From contig JBHEMM010000036.1 in NCBI GenBank assembly GCA_046262595.1, forward strand, positions 5,885 to 24,840: a DNA stretch of 18,956 nucleotides, in the 5' to 3' direction. A model generated the notes under the pieces. That model saw nothing but the letters and a program-made list of their open reading frames with translations. It searched no databases and had not been told where the DNA came from. Shown piece by piece: positions 5,577 through 14,215 of this stretch. This stretch comes from Vulcanimicrobiaceae bacterium. Its GTDB lineage: Bacteria > Vulcanimicrobiota > Vulcanimicrobiia > Vulcanimicrobiales > Vulcanimicrobiaceae. Position 1 is the stretch's first letter. Every line of letters begins with the position of its first letter. The position numbers were made by a program, and so were the translations under genes.

Positions 5577-7627
5577 CCACCCGCAACCAGCGCTACGTCG
5601 ATTACGGTAAGCACAAAAGTTCGCCCGTCGTTGTAACCGAGCGGCTCGCGATTGTTGCGGAACCGCCCGACGCGCCGGGCGTTCCCGCACCCAACGCGCA
5701 AGCCGGAACCTGGGCACGCTTTTTGCATAGCGGCTTGGCGCCGCTCGAACGCGCCGGCTGGACGGTCGAAATCGATCCCAGCGTACGCGACGTCGTGCTG
5801 GATCTGAGCGCGGACGCATCGCCGTGGGAAGCGCGCTTCGAATCGCAAGGCGCCGACTGGTTCGATCTCGATCTCGGTGTGGAAACGGGCGGCGAGCGCG
5901 TTCCACTGCTGCCGCTCGTCGTGGATATTCTGCGAAACATGCGCAACGGCGAGCTGCCTTCGGGCGAGGTCACCTATGCGATGCTGGGCGATCGTGCATT
6001 CGTGCTGCCAATGGAACGCATCCGCGGTATGCTGCGCACACTCGTCGAACTGCTCGAAGATGCCAAACTGAACGCGCTCGGCCGCATCGCGCTCAATAAA
6101 CTGGCCGCGCTCGAGATCGCGCAGAGCGTCGATCAGATCGAGGCGCAAGGTGAAAGCGCGCTCGCGCTGCGCGATCTCGCGCAGCGCCTCTCAACGTTTC
6201 AAGGCGTTGCCGACGTGCCCGTGCCGCCGTTATTGCGTGCGACACTGCGCGGCTACCAAACCGAAGGCTTCCGCTGGCTGCAGTTTCTGCGCGAATACGA
6301 GTGCGGCGGTATCCTGGCCGACGACATGGGGCTGGGAAAAAGCGTCCAAGCCATCGCGCACCTGCTGCACGAACGCGATCGCGCGCAGCGGCGGCCCTCG
6401 CTGCTCGTTGTTCCTACCAGCCTCGTGCCGAACTGGCTCGCGGAGATCGAACGTTTTGCGCCGGCGCTGCGCGTGGTCACCATGCACGGGCCGCAGCGTG
6501 CGCGCCTGACCGCAAGCATTGCATCGGCGGATTTGGTGATCACGACCTATGCACTGCTCTCGCGCGATCGCATTTTTCTGGACCGCGAATGGCACATTGC
6601 TATCCTCGATGAAGCGCAAGCCATTAAAAACGCGCAGTCCAAAGTTGCGCGCACCGCCCGCAAACTGCGCGCGCGCCAACGCTTGTGCCTGACCGGCACG
6701 CCGATGGAAAACCACTTGGGCGAGCTGTGGTCGCTCTTCGACTTCGTCATGCCGGGCGCGCTGTACGATCAGCGCCGGTTTGCGCAGCTGTTCCGCACGC
6801 CGATCGAACAGGGGCAATCCGCCGAACGCCGCGAGGTGCTCGCGCGCCGCATTCGCCCGTTCGTTCTGCGCCGCACCAAGGCCGGCGTTGCCATGGAGCT
6901 GCCCGCCAAAACGGAGATCGTCGAACGCGTCGAACTGGCCGACGATCAGCGCGATCTGTACGACTCGGTGCGTTTAGCGGTGAACGAAGAAGTGCGCGCC
7001 GAGATCGCGCGCTTAGGAATAGCGCGCAGCCGCATCGCGGTACTCGATGCGCTGCTCAAACTGCGCCAAGTCTGTTGCGATCCGCGCTTGGTAAAGCTGG
7101 CGAGCGCGCGGCGAGCGAAGTCGAGCGCGAAGCTGGAATGGCTGATCGATACGCTCACGCAACTTGCTGCGGAAAACCGGCGCACGCTGGTCTTCTCGCA
7201 ATTCACCAGCATGATCGACCTCATCAAACCCGAGCTCGATCGGTCGGGTCTGGCGTACGTGGAACTCGTCGGCTCGACGGTGGATCGGGCGACGCCGGTG
7301 CGCCGTTTTCAAGCGGGCGAAGTGCCGGTGTTCCTGATCAGTCTGCGCGCAGGCGGCACCGGCCTGAATCTGACCGCGGCGGACACCGTGATTCATTACG
7401 ATCCGTGGTGGAATCCGGCCGTGGAGCGCCAAGCCACCGATCGCGCGCACCGCATCGGTCAAGAAAAGCCGGTGTTCGTTTATAAACTCGTCGCGGCCGG
7501 GACGGTAGAAGAGAAGATCCTCGAGCTGCAAGCACGCAAGGCGCATATCGCCGGTGCGCTGTTCGATGCGGCCGATACGGCGAGCATCGACTTGCAGCCC
7601 GAGGACCTTGAAGCGCTGCTTACGTGA
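5549..7627 (+). CDS. SNF2/SWI2-family helicase-like ATPase (start uncertain)
   Basis: Motif I LADDMGLGKS, Ia VVPTSL, II DEAQ, III LTGTP, IV FSQF, V SLRAGGTGLNL, VI QATDRAHRIGQ. Confidence 0.95.
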   Translation: MVVAALLRITTRNQRYVDYGKHKSSPVVVTERLAIVAEPPDAPGVPAPNAQAGTWARFLHSGLAPLERAGWTVEIDPSVRDVVLDLSADASPWEARFESQGADWFDLDLGVETGGERVPLLPLVVDILRNMRNGELPSGEVTYAMLGDRAFVLPMERIRGMLRTLVELLEDAKLNALGRIALNKLAALEIAQSVDQIEAQGESALALRDLAQRLSTFQGVADVPVPPLLRATLRGYQTEGFRWLQFLREYECGGILADDMGLGKSVQAIAHLLHERDRAQRRPSLLVVPTSLVPNWLAEIERFAPALRVVTMHGPQRARLTASIASADLVITTYALLSRDRIFLDREWHIAILDEAQAIKNAQSKVARTARKLRARQRLCLTGTPMENHLGELWSLFDFVMPGALYDQRRFAQLFRTPIEQGQSAERREVLARRIRPFVLRRTKAGVAMELPAKTEIVERVELADDQRDLYDSVRLAVNEEVRAEIARLGIARSRIAVLDALLKLRQVCCDPRLVKLASARRAKSSAKLEWLIDTLTQLAAENRRTLVFSQFTSMIDLIKPELDRSGLAYVELVGSTVDRATPVRRFQAGEVPVFLISLRAGGTGLNLTAADTVIHYDPWWNPAVERQATDRAHRIGQEKPVFVYKLVAAGTVEEKILELQARKAHIAGALFDAADTASIDLQPEDLEALLT

Positions 7628-7883
7628 CGGCGCGTCGTCCCGTTACTGCGCGGATGATGAAGAGCAGAATGACTGCTCCGATAATCGCGCAGATGATGCT
7701 CCCGATGTTGAAGCCGGTAACTCCGGTATGGCCCAAAAGGCCGTAGACCCAGCCCCCGATGAGGGCGCCGATGATTCCGACAATGATGTCGCCGAGGATT
7801 CCGCCCGGGCCCTCACCCGGCACGATGTATTTTGCGATCAATCCTGCGATAAGTCCCAGGACGATCCAAGCGATAATTCCCAT
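7620..7883 (-). CDS. GlsB/YeaQ/YmgE-family (transglycosylase-associated) stress membrane protein
   Basis: IIAWIVLGLIAGLIAK..PG...GGILGDIIVGIIGALIGG with three Gly-rich hydrophobic helices. SD AAGGAG before ATG. 8-bp convergent overlap with the SNF2 gene. Confidence 0.95.
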   Translation of the reverse strand: MGIIAWIVLGLIAGLIAKYIVPGEGPGGILGDIIVGIIGALIGGWVYGLLGHTGVTGFNIGSIICAIIGAVILLFIIRAVTGRRAVT

Positions 7884-7923
7884 GATCTCTCCTTGCGGCG
7901 GTTTCGGTTATCTTGCCCGCCGG

Positions 7924-7951
7924 GCTTGCCTATACCCATCCTGTAACCCTT
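7924..7951 (-). promoter_or_regulatory. Putative alternative-sigma promoter AAGG-N18-GCAAGC of the GlsB-family gene
   Basis: Same two-box spacing as the other copies; here followed by a leader carrying an SD. Confidence 0.4.
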
Positions 7952-7978
7952 GTGCCACGTTTTCCGCCGCGTTAACCC

Positions 7979-8007
7979 AAAGGTCGCTTGCGGATGGGGC
8001 GCCAAAC
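7979..8007 (+). promoter_or_regulatory. Putative alternative-sigma promoter AAAGG-N18-CCAAAC, 8 nt before ATG 8016
   Basis: No SD before ATG 8016; geometry identical to 3539-3567 and 17361-17389. Confidence 0.5.
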
Positions 8008-8015
8008 CGCACGCC

Positions 8016-11000
8016 ATGACGGCTCGTTTTGCAGCGTTTTGTTGTGCCATTGCGATGGCTTTACCGATGGTTTCGCGAGGCGCCGAAATGCCTGCGCAGT
8101 GGCGCAGCGTGGGCCCGTTTATCGGCGGACGCGTCGTGGCGGTCGCCGGCGTTCCCGGGCGCAATCTCTTCTATATGGGCGGAGTGGACGCGGGCGTTTG
8201 GGAAAGCGCCGACTACGGCATCCGCTGGACCAACATCTCCGACGGGAAGATCGCTCCGGGCGCAAACAGCATCGGCGCGCTGGCCGTCGCGCCTTCCGAT
8301 GCGAACGTCATTTACGCCGGAACCGGCGAGGGCGACCCGCGCGGCACGATGATCACGGGTGAGGGCGTCTATAAATCGCTCGATGCCGGCAAGACGTGGC
8401 AATACGCGGGTCTGCGCGACACGCACAGCGTGGGATCGATCGCCATCGATCCGCGCGACGCCAACGTCGTCTATGTTTCCTCGCTCGGTCACGTCTTTGC
8501 CGACAACGCCGATCGCGGCGTCTTTAAAACCACGGACGGCGGAAAGACCTGGAGCAAAGTGCTTTATGTCGACGCGGCGACCGGTGCCAACAATGTCGTT
8601 ATCGATCCGCAGCAGCCAAACGTGCTGTACGCGACGATGTGGCAGATGTACCGGCGTCCGTGGAAGCTTTCCAGCGGCGGCCCGGGCAGCGGGCTGTATA
8701 AATCGGTCGACGCGGGCGCGCACTGGACGAAAATTTCGCTCCATCCGGGGTTCGCGCGCGGTTTGCTCGGAAAAATGGGCGTTGCGGTCTCGGCCAGCGA
8801 TTCCCATGTCGTCTACGCCGTCGTGCAAGCCAAGGACGGCGGGGTGTTTCGTTCGGCCGACGCGGGCGCGACATGGACGCGCGTGAACGAGGAACAGAAG
8901 CTGCGCCAGCGCGCGTTCTATTACATGTCGCTTGTGGTGGATCCGAAAAACCCGGACACGGTATATGCGCCGCAAGTGGACGGCTTGCTGGTTTCGCGCG
9001 ACGCCGGAAAACTGTGGACGCGTCTGCGTCCGCCGCACGGCGACAATCACATCGTGTGGGTCGACCCGCAGAACACGCAAGTGCTGCTGGAAGGCAACGA
9101 CGGCGGCGCAACGGTTTCGACCGACGGCGGAAAAACGTGGAGTCCGCAGCACAATCAGCCCACGGGACAGTTCTATCACGTCGCGCTCGACCGGCGCTTT
9201 CCGTTCCACATCTACGGCGCGCAGCAAGATGAAGGCTCCATCGAAGGCCCGAGCGCATCGTCGCAAGGCGGCATCACCGGCGATCTGTGGCACAATGTGG
9301 CGTACGGCGAGAGCACATTCGTCGCACCCCAGCCGGGCAACGCCGACGTAACGTACGGCAGCGGCTACTTCAGCATCTTCCTGCGTTACGACGAGCGCAC
9401 CGGCGAATACAGCAGCGTGAGCCCGCTGCCCTATTATCAGGAAGGCGCATCATCGGCGGAGCTGCGCTACCGCTTTGCGTGGACGCATCCGATTCTGTTC
9501 TCGCCGGTCAATCGCAAAGAGCTGCTCGCGGGGGCGCAGTACGTGCTGAGCAGCACCGATTACGGCAAAACGTGGCGGCGTTTGAGCGGCGACCTGACGC
9601 GCAACGACCCCAAGACCGAAGGCCCGACCGGCGGTCCGATCGAGAAAGACCAAACCAGCGCCGAAGTCTATCCGTACGTCTCCGCGCTCGCCGTGTCACC
9701 GTTGAACGGCCGTCTGCTGTGGGCCGGTTCGTCGGACGGGCTGGTGCACGTGAGCACCGATCACGGCGCGCATTGGCGCGCGATCACGCCGCCGGGGCTG
9801 CCGCAATACGCGGAGATCAGTTCCATCGAACCCTCGCATACCGCCCAAGGCACCGCCTATCTTACCGCGCAGCGCTACATGTGGGACGACTTCCGCCCGT
9901 ACGTGTATCGCACGCGCGACTTCGGCGCGCATTGGGAATCCATCGGCAGCGGCTTGCCCGCGGATCAGTACGCGTTCAAAATCGCGCAAGATCCGCGTTC
10001 GCCTCATCTGCTTTTGCTGGGCACGCGCGAAACGGTGTACGCGACGTACGACGACGGCGCGCGCTGGCAGCCGCTCACGCTGAATCTTCCGGGCGTCCAA
10101 GTGCGCGACATCGCCTTCGATACGCGCCAAGGCCAAGTGGCCATCGCAACGCACGGCCGAGCGTTTTGGGTGCTGGACGACCTGAGGTACTTCGAACAGC
10201 TCGCCGCGGCGAGCTCGAGCAGCGGCGCGCATCTGTTCGCGCCCGAAACGGCTTGGCTCACGCACTCATACGGCGGCAGCAGCTATCCGCGTCCGGACAC
10301 CGGCACAAATCCGCCGTTCGGCGCGACGATTTTTTTCCGTATTCCGCGAAGTTACAACGGCACTCAGCCCGCGACGCTGACGATCGCCGATGCGAACAAC
10401 CGCGTGGTCAACCGCTTTCAACTGCACGCCAAAGGCGCAGCGGTAAGCGCAGCACAGCGCGAACAGATGACGCCCAACCAACTGCGCGCGCTTGGGCAAG
10501 AACAAGCCACGACGATTGCCGCCGGAACGAACAAGTTTCAGTGGGATCTGCGCTACCCTTATGCCACCGACGTCACCGGGTTTTTCGTGCCGGCAGCCGC
10601 AGGCGGTGAAGAAGACACGATTCAAGGGCCGCAAGTGCTGCCCGGGCGCTACACCGCGGTGCTCACGTACGCCGGAACGACGGCGCGCGCGCCGTTCACC
10701 GTTGCGCTCGATCCGAATCTGCATCCCGGCGCCGGCGCGCTAGGCGCGCAGTTCGGTCTGCTTATGCGTATTCACGAGACGCTCAATGTGATGGACGAGC
10801 TGCTCAACAAAGCCATCGCGGCGCGCGATCGCCTGCGCGGCGGCGCGCAGCGCAGTGCACTCGACCGCGCGATCGATGCGCTCGTGAACCTGCAGAGCCA
10901 GTCCAGCGAAGGTCCGCTGCTCACCGGCACGCGGGTGCGGGACCATCTGGCGTATCTGATCTCCGACATCGAATTCACCTACAACAAACCGACCGCCGCC

Positions 11001-11075
11001 CAATACGCGGTTTACAGCCAACTCCGCGCCGCCGCCGCTCGCGGCGAATCACATTTGCGATCGTTGCTCAAGTAA
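8016..11075 (+). CDS. Secreted BNR/Asp-box (VPS10/sortilin-like) beta-propeller protein, putative glycosyl hydrolase, copy 1 (1019 aa)
   Basis: Signal peptide-like MTARFAAFCCAIAMALPMVSRGA, then WRSVGPFIGGRV, about 11 S/T-x-D-x-G-x-x-W Asp boxes, ATHGRAFWVLDD, and a C-terminal WDLRY...PGRYT module with helical tail. Confidence 0.9.
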   Translation: MTARFAAFCCAIAMALPMVSRGAEMPAQWRSVGPFIGGRVVAVAGVPGRNLFYMGGVDAGVWESADYGIRWTNISDGKIAPGANSIGALAVAPSDANVIYAGTGEGDPRGTMITGEGVYKSLDAGKTWQYAGLRDTHSVGSIAIDPRDANVVYVSSLGHVFADNADRGVFKTTDGGKTWSKVLYVDAATGANNVVIDPQQPNVLYATMWQMYRRPWKLSSGGPGSGLYKSVDAGAHWTKISLHPGFARGLLGKMGVAVSASDSHVVYAVVQAKDGGVFRSADAGATWTRVNEEQKLRQRAFYYMSLVVDPKNPDTVYAPQVDGLLVSRDAGKLWTRLRPPHGDNHIVWVDPQNTQVLLEGNDGGATVSTDGGKTWSPQHNQPTGQFYHVALDRRFPFHIYGAQQDEGSIEGPSASSQGGITGDLWHNVAYGESTFVAPQPGNADVTYGSGYFSIFLRYDERTGEYSSVSPLPYYQEGASSAELRYRFAWTHPILFSPVNRKELLAGAQYVLSSTDYGKTWRRLSGDLTRNDPKTEGPTGGPIEKDQTSAEVYPYVSALAVSPLNGRLLWAGSSDGLVHVSTDHGAHWRAITPPGLPQYAEISSIEPSHTAQGTAYLTAQRYMWDDFRPYVYRTRDFGAHWESIGSGLPADQYAFKIAQDPRSPHLLLLGTRETVYATYDDGARWQPLTLNLPGVQVRDIAFDTRQGQVAIATHGRAFWVLDDLRYFEQLAAASSSSGAHLFAPETAWLTHSYGGSSYPRPDTGTNPPFGATIFFRIPRSYNGTQPATLTIADANNRVVNRFQLHAKGAAVSAAQREQMTPNQLRALGQEQATTIAAGTNKFQWDLRYPYATDVTGFFVPAAAGGEEDTIQGPQVLPGRYTAVLTYAGTTARAPFTVALDPNLHPGAGALGAQFGLLMRIHETLNVMDELLNKAIAARDRLRGGAQRSALDRAIDALVNLQSQSSEGPLLTGTRVRDHLAYLISDIEFTYNKPTAAQYAVYSQLRAAAARGESHLRSLLK

Positions 11076-11097
11076 CGTCCGGACAAAAGGAAACAAC

Positions 11098-14000
11098 GTG
11101 AACCGAATTGCCGCCCTGACCCTGTGCGCCGTGTTCCTGGTGCTGCCGCTGGGCACGCACGCCGCCGCGACGCAAACCCCCGCGCAACCGCCCACCGCGC
11201 AGCAGCTGATGAGCAAACTGCAGTGGCGCAACATCGGCCCGTTCATCGGCGGGCGCGTCGTGGCGCTCGCCGGCGTTCCAAGCAACCCGGATTTGTTTTA
11301 CATGGGCGGCGTCCAAGGCGGCATTTGGCGCAGCACCAACTATGGCCAGAACTGGGAAAACATCAGCGACGGCGGGCTCGGTATGAACGGTTACAGCATC
11401 GGCGCTCTTGCGGTCGCGCCCTCGAATCCTAAAGTGATCTACGCCGGCACCGGTGAAGCCGACGTGCGCGGCGATTTTTCGACGGGCGACGGCGTGTATA
11501 AAACCACCGACGCCGGTAAAACGTGGCACTACGCCGGCTTGCGCGACACGCATGAAACCACGACGATCGCAATCGATCCGCGCAATGCCGACGTCGCGTA
11601 CGTCAGCTCGCTCGGCCACGTGTTCGCGCCCAATCCCGAACGCGGCATCTTCAAAACCACGGACGGCGGCAAGACGTGGAGCAAAGTGCTGTACGTGGAC
11701 GAGAAAACCGGCGGCGTTGCCGTCATCGTCGATCCGCATTCGCCGCAGAATGTGTATGCGTCGATGTGGCAAGTGCAGCGGCGCCCGTGGAACCTCACCA
11801 GCGGCGGCCCGGGAAGCGCACTGTACAAGTCGAGCGACGGCGGCGCGCACTGGTCGAAGATCTCCGATAATCCGGGCTTCGCGCGCGGCGTGCTGGGCAA
11901 GATGGGCATCACGCTCTCGGCCGCAAACCCGCGCGTCATTCTGGCCATCGTGCAAGCCAAAGAAGGCGGCGTCTTCCGCTCGGCCGACGGCGGCGCGACA
12001 TGGAAGCGCGTAAACAGCGAAATGAAGCTGCGCCAGCGCGCCTTCTACTACATGGGCATCTACGCGGACCCGACCAATGCGAACGTCGCCTACGCGCCGC
12101 AAGTGGACGGCGTGTTCAAAACCACGAACGGCGGGCGCACGTGGAAAGCCGTCACGCCGCCGGGCGATCATCACATCATCTGGATCAATCCGCGCAATCC
12201 GAAGATACTGCTCGAAGGCGACGACGGCGGCGCCACCGTTTCGGTGGACGGCGGCAAGACGTGGAGCACCGAACTCAATCAGCCGACGAGCCAATATTAC
12301 CGCATCGCGATCGATCACCAATTTCCGTTCCACGTGTACGGCGCCGCGCAGGATCAGGGCGCATGGGAAGGCCCGAGCGCATCCAACGAAGGCTTGACCT
12401 TGGGCGCCTGGCACAACGTCGCGCTGGGTGAGAGCACGTGGGTTGCGCCGGAGCCGGGCAACGCGAACGTGACGTTCGGCAGCGGCTATCAAAGCTCGAT
12501 GGCGCGCCTGGACACCTCGACCGGCGAAGAGAAGAACGTCAGCCCGTGGCCGGAGTATCAATCGGGGAACTCCTCGGCGGAAGCGCGGTACCGTTTCGGC
12601 TGGACCCATCCGATCTTTTTCTCGCCCTCCAAACCGCACGAACTGCTGGTCGGCGGCAACGTCGTGTTCAAGAGTGACGACTACGGCACGCATTGGGAGA
12701 AGATCAGCCCGGATCTCACCCGCAACGATCCCACGACCGAAGGCCCGAGCGGCGGTCCGATCGATCTTGATCAGACGGGCGTCGAAACGTTCCCCGATCT
12801 CTCCGCGCTCGCCGTCTCGCCGCTGAGCGCAAACCTGATGTGGGCGGGCTCCGCCGACGGCTTGGTGCACGTGACGACGGACGCAGGTGCGAATTGGAAG
12901 CTGGTCACGCCGCCCGAGCTGCCGCAATGGGCGCAGATCAGCAACATCGAGCCGTCGCATTTCGATAAAGGCACGGCGTATCTGACGGCGTCGCGCTATC
13001 AATGGGATGACTTTCACCCGTACGTTTACAAGACAACGGATTTCGGCGCGCATTGGAGCGCCATGTCGTCGGGCATTCCCGAGGATCAGTACGTGTTTGC
13101 GGTGCGCCAGGATCCGCGCGACGCGCGGGTGCTGCTTGCCGGAACGCGCAGCACCATCTATGTGAGTCTTGACGGCGGCGGCAAATGGCAGCCGCTCACC
13201 CTGAACCTTCCATACGTGCAAGTGCGCGACATCGCTATCGATGCGCGTCAGGGCGACATCGCGGTTGCAACCCACGGCCGCTCCTTCTGGGTGCTCGATA
13301 ATCTCAAACTGATCGAACAACTCGCGGATAACGACGCGCAAAACGCAGGCGCCGGCTCCCCTGCGCTCTTCGCACCGGAAACGGCGTGGCTCTCACACGC
13401 CTACGGCGCGAGCCCGTATCCGATTCCCAATCTGGGGCAGAATCCGCAGTACGGCACAGCGGTGTTCTTCAATGTGCCGCAAAGCTATACCAATGCGACG
13501 GCCGCGACGCTTTCGTTTGTGGATGGCAACGGGCGCACCGTGCGCAGTTTTAAACTGCATCTGCGCAACAAGAAAGAGAAAAAGCCCACGCCGGCGCACC
13601 TTGAAGCAATGGACCAGGTGCAGCTTATGGCGCGCGCGCTGCACGAGACCACCGCAATCGATCGCGGTATGAACGTGTTCCAATGGGATATGCGTTACCC
13701 GCCGGCGGCGGAAGCGAACGGCGCGCATGCGTTCGGCACCGACGACTTCGGCGACACCACCAACGGGCCGACGATCGTTCCCGGCAAGTACACGGTCGTG
13801 CTGAGTTACGACGGCAAAACGCTGCGGCGGCCGTTCCGCGTGGCGCTCGATCCGCGCCTGCATCCCGGCGCGGGCGCCCTGCAGGCGCGCCTCTCGCTCG
13901 CGATGCGCATTCACAATACGCTCGACCGCCTCAACCGGACGGTGAATGCTGCGCTCGCCGCACGTTCGCGCGTTGCACCGGAGAAACGCGCGCAGCTTCA

Positions 14001-14211
14001 AGCCGCAATCGATGAGGCGGTGCAACTCGACGTGCACTCCAGCGAAGGCGACTTGCTGCACGAGAGCAAGCTGCGCGATCACCTTGCGTTCCTGATGAAC
14101 TCGCTCGATATGGCCTATCAGGCACCCACGCCGGCGGAGGAAGCGACGTTCAACGATCTCAACGCGGAGGCGACGGCGACGATAGCGCGGCTGAATGCGC
14201 TGATGCGGTAA
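11098..14211 (+). CDS. Secreted BNR/Asp-box (VPS10/sortilin-like) beta-propeller protein, putative glycosyl hydrolase, copy 2 (1037 aa)
   Basis: SD AAAAGGA before GTG 11098; signal peptide ending THA-A; colinear full-length paralog of copy 1. Confidence 0.92.
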   Translation: MNRIAALTLCAVFLVLPLGTHAAATQTPAQPPTAQQLMSKLQWRNIGPFIGGRVVALAGVPSNPDLFYMGGVQGGIWRSTNYGQNWENISDGGLGMNGYSIGALAVAPSNPKVIYAGTGEADVRGDFSTGDGVYKTTDAGKTWHYAGLRDTHETTTIAIDPRNADVAYVSSLGHVFAPNPERGIFKTTDGGKTWSKVLYVDEKTGGVAVIVDPHSPQNVYASMWQVQRRPWNLTSGGPGSALYKSSDGGAHWSKISDNPGFARGVLGKMGITLSAANPRVILAIVQAKEGGVFRSADGGATWKRVNSEMKLRQRAFYYMGIYADPTNANVAYAPQVDGVFKTTNGGRTWKAVTPPGDHHIIWINPRNPKILLEGDDGGATVSVDGGKTWSTELNQPTSQYYRIAIDHQFPFHVYGAAQDQGAWEGPSASNEGLTLGAWHNVALGESTWVAPEPGNANVTFGSGYQSSMARLDTSTGEEKNVSPWPEYQSGNSSAEARYRFGWTHPIFFSPSKPHELLVGGNVVFKSDDYGTHWEKISPDLTRNDPTTEGPSGGPIDLDQTGVETFPDLSALAVSPLSANLMWAGSADGLVHVTTDAGANWKLVTPPELPQWAQISNIEPSHFDKGTAYLTASRYQWDDFHPYVYKTTDFGAHWSAMSSGIPEDQYVFAVRQDPRDARVLLAGTRSTIYVSLDGGGKWQPLTLNLPYVQVRDIAIDARQGDIAVATHGRSFWVLDNLKLIEQLADNDAQNAGAGSPALFAPETAWLSHAYGASPYPIPNLGQNPQYGTAVFFNVPQSYTNATAATLSFVDGNGRTVRSFKLHLRNKKEKKPTPAHLEAMDQVQLMARALHETTAIDRGMNVFQWDMRYPPAAEANGAHAFGTDDFGDTTNGPTIVPGKYTVVLSYDGKTLRRPFRVALDPRLHPGAGALQARLSLAMRIHNTLDRLNRTVNAALAARSRVAPEKRAQLQAAIDEAVQLDVHSSEGDLLHESKLRDHLAFLMNSLDMAYQAPTPAEEATFNDLNAEATATIARLNALMR

Positions 14212-14215
14212 GCAG

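Noticed and set aside
5549..7627. SNF2 gene as part of an anti-phage defence system
   Set aside because: No methylase, nuclease or other defence partner nearby and no island signature.
7932..7937. GGGTAT (minus strand), a SigB-like -10 before the GlsB-family gene
   Set aside because: No GTTT-type -35 at suitable spacing.
10737..10744. GCGCTAGG, an operator half-site
   Set aside because: No partner arm and deep inside a CDS.
8380..13200. Recurring GACGGCGG..AAGACGTGG-type DNA repeats
   Set aside because: Coding Asp-box repeats and paralogy, irregularly spaced; not CRISPR or a mobile repeat.
11068..13341. 757-aa antisense ORF (also 8061-9293, 9287-10609, 1162-2298, 2754-3548, 16215-17276, 14277-15239)
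   Set aside because: Shadow or alternate frames of well-supported genes, expected in GC-rich DNA; no recognisable motifs.
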